Shown: positions 57,243 to 64,000 of the stretch, in pieces
Layout: the number at the start of each line of letters is the position of its first letter
How positions within the stretch are numbered: the stretch's first letter is position 1
Assembly (NCBI GenBank): GCA_016185705.1
Contig: JACPMZ010000010.1
Coordinates: 913-64,912, forward strand
DNA from: Candidatus Woesearchaeota archaeon
GTDB lineage: Archaea > Nanobdellota > Nanobdellia > Woesearchaeales > UBA10216
Length of the DNA: 64,000 nt
Direction: 5' to 3'
Notes under the pieces: model-generated
What the model was told of the DNA's origin: nothing
Database searches by the model: none
Seen by the model: only the letters and a program-made list of their open reading frames with translations
Program-made: the position numbers and the translations under genes

Positions 57243-57542
57243 TTACATTATCCCGAGTTCCATCTTTGCTTCTTCTGTCATTTTGTCAGGGCTCCACATC
57301 GGCTCCCAGACTATGTCTACTGTTACGCCTGTTACTCCGCTGATTTTTTTGACTTTTTCCTCAACCGCATCCAGAATCAATGGCCCTACAGGGCATGCGG
57401 GGCTTGTCAGCGTCATTTTTATTACAACCATGCTGCCGTCAATAGCAACATCATACACGAGCCCGAGGTCTACTATGTTTATGTGCATCTCAGGGTCTGT
57501 CACTTCCTTCAGTTTTTCCATGACGGTTTCTTTGGTTGGCAT
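57243..57542 (-). CDS. DUF59/MIP18 (SufT-like) Fe-S maturation protein
   Basis: DPEMHINIVDLGLVY, MTLTSPACP, WEPMWSP. Confidence 0.92.
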   Translation of the reverse strand: MPTKETVMEKLKEVTDPEMHINIVDLGLVYDVAIDGSMVVIKMTLTSPACPVGPLILDAVEEKVKKISGVTGVTVDIVWEPMWSPDKMTEEAKMELGIM

Positions 57543-57615
57543 GGAATTAGGAATGTTTGGTGATTTAAAAAGGTTGGTGTAATGTTTTTATAATAGAATA
57601 TCTTGCCGTTTCCCT

Positions 57616-58920
57616 ATGGCAGGAATAAAAAGTCGGGAGGAAGTGGCAACGCTTGTTAAAAAAGTTCAGCCCTCAGGCATAAGGGAAATGCTGGAGCCCA
57701 AAATGAATTCAGCAGGGAATAAAACTTGGCGGGATTTTCAGAATAACAGCAACAAAGTTTTGGAAGAATTAATAGGGCTTGGCGTAATTGTTAAGCCGGA
57801 TTTGAAGTTGCCTGCTGGCTGGCATCAGTATAGTTATGAGAAGGGCGGCCTTTTCCCTGCTCCTCCTGAATATGCAGGGCTTGAGCAGCCATACAGGGAT
57901 TCGTGGAAGAGATTTATGGATGCCGTTTTGGAATTAAAGCCGGAGCAGGTGCTTTACATCAGCGAGGAAAATAATCTTTGGCCTTTTATTCCAAGAAGAA
58001 GACTTTCAAAGCGGCATAACCTGGTTTCTGCTCCGCGGTTTGACAGTCTGGATAGGATTGACAAATTATCTGTGCATGCCTTGGCTGTGCGGCTGGGCGA
58101 GACCCGTATTGGCGATATTTTTGTTGGAATGGATTTTCAGGGGGTGCAGCATACGGGCAGGGAGTACAGGGTTTTCCATATTTCAGATATTTTCAGGGGC
58201 CAGCTGATGGATGAGGTTTTACCGAGAAGGATTGGCGACGATTGGCTTGGAGAAGTTGCCTTTTATGCTGATTCCCCGGATATTTGGAGCATGGGGCTGG
58301 AGGCATTGGTTAAAAATATCCCTTCACTGGGCTCTCCCGGCGATGCAGTTGATGTAGAGCTGCACCACGTGCCTCTCGTGCATGTTTCCCAGTTGAAGAA
58401 GGGCATTGTAACGGTTGATCCATCAGCGCGCGCGATTAGCTACAATTTCAGGGCTACAGACCCCTGCGAGAAAAGAAAGTGGATGATTAAATACGGCAGA
58501 GGGCAGGTTTTCGGTAAGTCTGACAGGAAGGGTGACGAGTTGTGGCTGGATCATCACGTTGTATTCGCCTATAGCAGGATGAGAAGGTTTGCGGATTGGC
58601 TCAGGGAGGGTGAAGCTGATCCTGGCAGGCGCTTTGTTATTCTGCCGATGTTTCCATCTCCGGCAAAGGAAGAAACCAAAGAAGGATTCAGAAAGATGTA
58701 CGGCACAAAAACCGAAGAAGGTGTTATTGGAGGTGTTGTTGTTGATGCCCGCCTGCCTGTTGGCCAGTTTGGCCATAGGCTGGACAGGCATTCGCTGAGC
58801 GAGCGTCTTGTTGACTTGGACATTGCATTGCATAACCTGGTTGCTGTTACTGCTGACTCCATGAGGCCGGAGGGCCACAGAATTGTGTATTCAAAAAGTG
58901 CTAAGGCGCTTCCTGTGTAA
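57616..58920 (+). CDS. Hypothetical protein (434 aa)
   Basis: Long ORF; possible degenerate SWIM-like D-x-C...D-H-H motif. Confidence 0.7.
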   Translation: MAGIKSREEVATLVKKVQPSGIREMLEPKMNSAGNKTWRDFQNNSNKVLEELIGLGVIVKPDLKLPAGWHQYSYEKGGLFPAPPEYAGLEQPYRDSWKRFMDAVLELKPEQVLYISEENNLWPFIPRRRLSKRHNLVSAPRFDSLDRIDKLSVHALAVRLGETRIGDIFVGMDFQGVQHTGREYRVFHISDIFRGQLMDEVLPRRIGDDWLGEVAFYADSPDIWSMGLEALVKNIPSLGSPGDAVDVELHHVPLVHVSQLKKGIVTVDPSARAISYNFRATDPCEKRKWMIKYGRGQVFGKSDRKGDELWLDHHVVFAYSRMRRFADWLREGEADPGRRFVILPMFPSPAKEETKEGFRKMYGTKTEEGVIGGVVVDARLPVGQFGHRLDRHSLSERLVDLDIALHNLVAVTADSMRPEGHRIVYSKSAKALPV

Positions 58921-59200
58921 TGGCAGAAGCTGTCTGCGGCATCTCTTCGCCGTAGCTTGGCACTGCTGACTTGGAAATGATTATTACGTCTCCGACTGAT
59001 TTTATGAGCTGGTGGGGCACTATTACGCCTTTTGCGCTGCCTAAGAGCTTGCTTAATGCGCTTGTTTTGGTTGCCTTCACTCTCCATGCGGTTATCTTTG
59101 TTTTTGTCATTACTGCTTCTTCCACGTCTCCAAAGTAGTCTCCGGAGTCTGTGAATACCTTCATGGAATATATGTCTGTAATCCTTTTGAGTTTTAGCAT
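58901..59200 (-). CDS. PRC-barrel domain protein
   Basis: ITDIYSMKVFTDSGDYFGDVEE...VPHQLIKSVGDVIII. Confidence 0.88.
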   Translation of the reverse strand: MLKLKRITDIYSMKVFTDSGDYFGDVEEAVMTKTKITAWRVKATKTSALSKLLGSAKGVIVPHQLIKSVGDVIIISKSAVPSYGEEMPQTASAITQEAP

Positions 59201-59331
59201 GAACGCCCTGCATGGGTTCGTGTATTTAAAGTTTTTCATGGATTGCTGAATCTTTGGCGCTGTTTATCGTCAGCAGTCAGTGGCAAAACAGCAGAAGAAG
59301 TTTTTTAAACAGTTAAATAAGGCTATTCTCC

Positions 59332-60030
59332 ATGGAGAACCTGAGGATTATAGGCACATCCCATATAGCGGCGGAGAGTGTTGATGCAGTTAATAAGTAC
59401 ATTAAGGATGCGCAGCCGGATATTGTTGCCATTGAGCTTGACCGCAGGCGCGCCAATGCTTTGCTGCACGGCCAGAAGAGCAGGCTTTCTCCTAAGCTGA
59501 TAAAAGTTATTGGCGTTAAGGGCTTTTTGTTCATGGCAATAGCTGCTTTTCTTCAGCGGAAGCTCGGCAATATTGTGGGAGTTGAGCCTGGCTCTGAGAT
59601 GAAAGCAGCCCTTACATCTGCCATTAAATCCGGGGCAAGGGTTGCGCTGATTGACAGGCACATTGAGGTTACGATGAAGCGCCTCTCCCAGACTTTGACG
59701 TGGAAGGAGCGCTTCAGGTTTGTTATGGATATTTTCTCTGGCTTTTCGGGCGAAATGAAAGAGCTTGGAAGCGTTGATTTGCGCAAAGTGCCTGCAAAAA
59801 AAATTATTGACAAAGTGCTGCAGCGCCTGAAAAATCATTACCCCAATCTTTACAAAGTTTTGGTGGAAGAAAGAAACGAGCACATGGCTGCTGCTCTTGC
59901 AGATATAATGCATAAGAATCCTGACAGCAAAATTCTTGCAGTTGTCGGCGCAGGCCATGAGGAGGAGCTTGCTAATCTTGTAAAGAGGAATTACGGGGAA
60001 AGCTCCGGTTATAGTTTTAGTGCTGGGTAA
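59332..60030 (+). CDS. TraB/GumN family protein
   Basis: IGTSHI, AIELD, PGSEM, LIDR, ERNEHM, VVGAGH. Confidence 0.92.
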   Translation: MENLRIIGTSHIAAESVDAVNKYIKDAQPDIVAIELDRRRANALLHGQKSRLSPKLIKVIGVKGFLFMAIAAFLQRKLGNIVGVEPGSEMKAALTSAIKSGARVALIDRHIEVTMKRLSQTLTWKERFRFVMDIFSGFSGEMKELGSVDLRKVPAKKIIDKVLQRLKNHYPNLYKVLVEERNEHMAAALADIMHKNPDSKILAVVGAGHEEELANLVKRNYGESSGYSFSAG

Positions 60031-60099
60031 CCTTCCGTTTCTTTGCCCGCTTGGGTGCATAGCGAAGCATTTAAAAACGCTGTTCCCGATTAAGCAGCC

Positions 60100-60855
60100 A
60101 TGGTTTATGGTTTTTATGAGTGGATGGCTCGCGTCAGGAAGTACGCTCCCTTCAGCAGGAAGGAGCTTATGTGGATTGGGGTTAGCATTGTTGTTCTGGC
60201 GTTTATTGTTGGCTTTGACGACGGCAGCGAGGAGTTTAATCTTGCCCGGTACGTTTCCAACATGGTTCTGAGCGTGGTGGTGGTTGCTGTTGCTGTTTTG
60301 GTTCATGAGTCTGCCCACCGCATTGCAGGCCCCAACATGGGCTACCGCATTGAGTTCAGGCCTTTCTTCTTTGGGCTGATTGGAGGCCTTATTCTGTCGT
60401 TCATGTCTTACGGCAAGATTCTGTTCCTTGCTTACGGCAGCTTTTTCCTTGACATCAGGGAAAAGCACCGGCTCGGCTACTTCAGGCATTATCTTGGCTA
60501 TTTTGACAACGGCAAGGTTGCTGTTGCAGGCCCGCTGGCAAATCTGGCTGCTGCAATGGCTTTCAAGAGCATGGTTTTCCTGCCTGAGCTGCTGGTTGCG
60601 AAGCTTGTTTTCATTAACGTGCTTTTCGCTGTTACAAACATGCTGCCCATTCCTCCACTTGACGGCTCGCATGTGATGTATGCTTCCCGCCATCTTTATC
60701 CTTTCACAATGGCTGCTATCATTGGGGCTGCTGTTCTGCTGCTTATTCCCGAGGTTAAGTGGTGGATGTCTATTCTGGGAGCATTGGTAATTGGCGTAGC
60801 TTACTCATTTATTTACTTCCACTACATAGAAAAGGCGTTTGGCAGCTGGGATTAA
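60100..60855 (+). CDS. Site-2 protease (M50) family membrane peptidase
   Basis: HESAH, AGPLAN, NMLPIPPLDG. Confidence 0.9.
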   Translation: MVYGFYEWMARVRKYAPFSRKELMWIGVSIVVLAFIVGFDDGSEEFNLARYVSNMVLSVVVVAVAVLVHESAHRIAGPNMGYRIEFRPFFFGLIGGLILSFMSYGKILFLAYGSFFLDIREKHRLGYFRHYLGYFDNGKVAVAGPLANLAAAMAFKSMVFLPELLVAKLVFINVLFAVTNMLPIPPLDGSHVMYASRHLYPFTMAAIIGAAVLLLIPEVKWWMSILGALVIGVAYSFIYFHYIEKAFGSWD

Positions 60856-60879
60856 GCTTCTGATGCTGCTTGCTCGCGG

Positions 60880-61022
60880 GGTGGTGTCAGCTTTTGCGTG
60901 TTTCGCTGATAGCTCTTTATTCCTTCTGTCTTCGCAGTTGCAATCAAACAGCAAACTATATGCGGGAGCAGATATGCGGCGTGCGCAGGCAGCAGGGTAA
61001 ACACGCTTAACTTGACATTGCC
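60880..61022. mobile_element. MITE-like element, family A copy 8, lacking the perfect central palindrome
   Basis: Ends GGTGGTGTCAGCTT / AACTTGACATTGCC; first 29 nt are 24/29 identical to copy 6; flanks TGCTCGCGG / TGCTACGG. Confidence 0.68.
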
Positions 61023-61029
61023 TGCTACG

Positions 61030-61173
61030 GACCTTATTGAAAAGTTCGCGCAGCCTCGCTCTGTTGCTGGCTTCCCTTCTTGCTTTTTCCCTCCCTTAAA
61101 TATTCAGGGGAGGGAAAAAGCAGGAAGAACAGCGGGATAAACGCAGCGGTAAAGTGAACTTTTCAATAGCACC
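61030..61173. mobile_element. MITE-like element, family A copy 9, central palindrome 61076-61127
   Basis: 138/144 identical to 34410-34553, same TIRs. Confidence 0.85.
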
Positions 61174-61216
61174 TGCTTACAGAAAGAATTTTATACATTA
61201 TTACGCTGCTATATGC

Positions 61217-61555
61217 ATGATAATTAAGAACAAGAAGGGCTTTGAATTCCTTGCCAACTGGTTTTCCGTGCTGTTTATTGCTATCTTTGTTCTAAGTCTT
61301 TTTTTGGCGCTTGTCATAATCAATGCGGCTGTTAATTACAGTATCGTGGTGTTTGCTGCCGTAATCATAGCTTACTTTATCCATATGAATAAGGGTGATA
61401 ATGCGTTTCCCTACAAAGTGCTTGCCGTCGCTTTTATTGTTGGCTATGTGGCCGGTTATTTTGCCGGGCAGCGCGCAGGGCATTGGGCTGTGCTTATTGC
61501 ATTGTACGCTGGTTTCTTGTACGGAACGCTGAAGGTTTTGAAGCTGGCAAAATGA
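61217..61555 (+). CDS. Small membrane protein with class III signal-like NKKG motif
   Basis: MIIKNKKGFEF followed by four hydrophobic segments. Confidence 0.7.
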   Translation: MIIKNKKGFEFLANWFSVLFIAIFVLSLFLALVIINAAVNYSIVVFAAVIIAYFIHMNKGDNAFPYKVLAVAFIVGYVAGYFAGQRAGHWAVLIALYAGFLYGTLKVLKLAK

Positions 61556-61597
61556 TTTGCATAACTATTTATTCTTTAATTTAACCCGCTTCTTATC

Positions 61598-63775
61598 ATG
61601 ATTAAGGGCTTCACTCCGCGTTTGTATCAGGAAACGATTCTTGCTACAGCCGTGAAGCGCAATACGCTTATTGTTCTGCCTACCGGGCTTGGCAAGACAA
61701 ACATTTTTTTGATGATTGCTGCCTCCCGGCTGAAGCAGTTTCCTGACAGCAGGATTCTGCTGATAGGCCCTACGAAGCCGCTGATTGACCAGTACTTTCA
61801 GGTTTTCCTGAAGCATTTTGAAGTTGACGAAGGCAGCATGTGCATTCTGACTGGTTTGGTTGCGCCTGAAAAAAGGCAGCACCTCTGGAACTCGTCAAAA
61901 ATTGTTTTCAGCACGCCTCAGGGGCTGGAAAATGACATTATAAGCAATAAGATTAACCTGAAAGACGTATCCCTTATTGGCTTTGACGAGGCGCACCGCG
62001 CAACTGGCGATTACAGCTATGTGTGGATTGCAAAGAAATACAGCAATGCTGCCAGTTTTCCGAGAATTGTCGGCATGACTGCTTCGCCCGGCAGCGACGC
62101 TGAAAAAATTGCTGAGGTTTGCAGTAATCTTCTCATAGAGGACATTGAGGTGCGCACAGAAAGCGATGATGACGTTAAGCCGTACATTCAGGAAATCCAG
62201 ACAGAATACATTAAGGTTGATTTGCCTCCGCAGTTTTTGGACGTGCAGAAAAGCCTGCAGCTGTGCATTAAGTCCAAGCTTGATGAGGGCAGGAAGTTCG
62301 GCTACATTCGCGCTCCGTTCGGGCTTAACAAGAGCGAGCTGCTTAAAATCCAGGCTGCCCTGCACATGAGGATGGGTCAGGGAAACCGTGATTTCACTCT
62401 GCTTAAGTCTGTGAGTTTGCTTGCTGAGATTATGAAGGCGTCCCATGCTCTTGAGCTTCTGGAAACTCAGGGCATTGCTCCGCTGAGGAAGTACATGCAG
62501 AAGCTGCAGGAGGAGGGCAGGACTTCAAAGGTGAAGGCTTTAAGGAATTTGTTGGCTGATGCGAATTTCAAAGACGCCATTATCAGGGCAGATAAGCTTT
62601 ACGGGGAGGGCGTGGAGCATCCCAAGCTTGATGCTCTGAAAAAGCTTGTGGCAGAAAACGCCGGCTCTAAAATTATTGTTTTCAGCCAGTACAGGGATTC
62701 TGCTGTTAAGATAAAGGAGGAGTTTGGCAGTATCGGCATAACCGCTGAAGTTTTTGTCGGGCAGGCAAAAAAAGGCGAGACCGGCTTGAGCCAGAAGGAG
62801 CAGAAGGCAATGCTTGACCGCTTTCGCGAAGGCCGGTTCAATGTGCTTGTAGCCACTTCAATTGGCGAGGAAGGCCTGGATATTATGAAGGTTGACCTTG
62901 TTGTTTTTTACGAGCCAATACCGTCTGCGATTCGCTCAATCCAGAGGCGCGGCCGCACAGGGCGGCAGGAGAAGGGCAGGGTGGTTGTTCTGGTAACCCG
63001 CAATACGCGCGATGAGGCGTTCAGGTGGGTTGCTCACCATAAGGAAAAGAGGATGCACCGCATTTTGAAGAATCTGAAATCGAAAATAAAGCTCAATGCT
63101 GCCATGCCAAAGTCTCTGGAGGATTATTCCGCGGATAATTTGCGCATTTTCGCTGACCACCGCGAGAAAGGGCCGATTATGCGCGAGCTTTCTGACATGG
63201 GAATTGCTGTTGAGCTTAAGGCGCTGCCTTCAGGCGATTATTTGTGCAGCAGCAGGGTTGCGGTTGAGGTCAAGGCAGTTGAGGATTTTGTCAATTCCAT
63301 TGTTGACGGCCGCCTTCTGAACCAGCTTCGGGACTTAAAGAGGAATTTTGAGCGGCCGATAGTCATCATAGAAGGAAAGCAGGACATTTACTCTGTCAGG
63401 GGCGTGCATCCCAATGCAATACGGGGTATGCTTGCAACGATTGCTGTTGATTACGGCATTCCTTTATTGAGAACGCAGGACTATGCTGAGACTGCGCAGC
63501 TGCTGCTGGCCGTAGCAAGAAGGGAGCAGGAAAAAAAGGATGACGGCATCCGGCTGCACAGCGCCAAGCCCCTTACTTTAAAAGAGCAGCAGGAATACAT
63601 TATCTCTGCGCTGCCCGGCATTGAATCCACTATTGCTAAATCTTTGCTTAAGCAGTTTAAGTCTGTTCACAGCATTATTACGGCTTCTGCTGATGAGCTG
63701 AAAAGCGCAGACATGGTAGGCGATAAAAAGGCTGCGGACATCAGAAGGGTTGTTGATGGCAGTTATGAGGGTTAA
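61598..63775 (+). CDS. hef: Hef helicase-nuclease (SF2 helicase + ERCC4 nuclease + HhH)
   Basis: PRLYQ, LPTGLGKT, DEAH, TAS, QRRGRTGR, GDY...VEVK nuclease region, C-terminal HhH. Confidence 0.94.
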   Translation: MIKGFTPRLYQETILATAVKRNTLIVLPTGLGKTNIFLMIAASRLKQFPDSRILLIGPTKPLIDQYFQVFLKHFEVDEGSMCILTGLVAPEKRQHLWNSSKIVFSTPQGLENDIISNKINLKDVSLIGFDEAHRATGDYSYVWIAKKYSNAASFPRIVGMTASPGSDAEKIAEVCSNLLIEDIEVRTESDDDVKPYIQEIQTEYIKVDLPPQFLDVQKSLQLCIKSKLDEGRKFGYIRAPFGLNKSELLKIQAALHMRMGQGNRDFTLLKSVSLLAEIMKASHALELLETQGIAPLRKYMQKLQEEGRTSKVKALRNLLADANFKDAIIRADKLYGEGVEHPKLDALKKLVAENAGSKIIVFSQYRDSAVKIKEEFGSIGITAEVFVGQAKKGETGLSQKEQKAMLDRFREGRFNVLVATSIGEEGLDIMKVDLVVFYEPIPSAIRSIQRRGRTGRQEKGRVVVLVTRNTRDEAFRWVAHHKEKRMHRILKNLKSKIKLNAAMPKSLEDYSADNLRIFADHREKGPIMRELSDMGIAVELKALPSGDYLCSSRVAVEVKAVEDFVNSIVDGRLLNQLRDLKRNFERPIVIIEGKQDIYSVRGVHPNAIRGMLATIAVDYGIPLLRTQDYAETAQLLLAVARREQEKKDDGIRLHSAKPLTLKEQQEYIISALPGIESTIAKSLLKQFKSVHSIITASADELKSADMVGDKKAADIRRVVDGSYEG

Positions 63776-63817
63776 TGCATTCTTATATTTTCCCGCAAAT
63801 CTTTCGGTTTTCTATTG

Positions 63818-63996
63818 TATAGCGACTGACATTAGTTTTGCACAATGCCGTCAGTCGCTATATCAGGAAGACACAACTATTTTGCATAATTATGGCAAAT
63901 GACACAAATCTTTATACATGGACATGTCATTTGCTTATTACGAACGGACAACTATTTGCATGAAAACTATTGTCCGTGAGTATACTTGTGTCTTCC
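63818..63996. repeat. Array of family B hairpins (may continue beyond window)
   Basis: Stems 63818-63830/63850-63862, 63866-63876/63986-63996, 63895-63904/63925-63934, 63944-63951/63970-63977; recurring GACA..A.T.TTTGCA. Confidence 0.72.
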
Positions 63997-64000
63997 GCTA

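Overview
Archaeal chromosomal segment, most consistent with a DPANN/Woesearchaeales-type genome (inference from PAN, archaeal TyrRS, RFC-S, Rpp30, Hef, HerA/Mre11, GGAGGTGA ribosome-binding sites and KKG-type signal peptides). Housekeeping genes surround a bacterial-type oxidative pentose-phosphate operon (zwf-gnd-pgl) and a ~24 kb copper/mercury/thiol-redox island (merA, copA, two ArsR regulators, a BlaI/M56 pair, CcdA/TlpA/DsbA, a CuA-type cupredoxin, several unannotated Cys-rich micro-ORFs and two nonsense-interrupted genes). There is also a cluster of paralogous surface lipoproteins and a tRNA-Gly(CCC) with two introns (10 nt at 37/38, 47 nt at 59/60). The most striking structure is intergenic. 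About nine copies of a non-autonomous element family occur, with IS6/IS1595-like terminal inverted repeats and, in one copy, a perfect 8-bp target duplication. Eight copies carry a central palindrome with a conserved CCCTCCC-N10-13-GGGAGGG core whose outer arms differ between copies yet stay self-complementary. Two further, apparently unrelated families of intergenic hairpin repeats are present. No CRISPR array, rRNA gene or transposase was seen. All family assignments come from reading motifs by eye, not from database searches.
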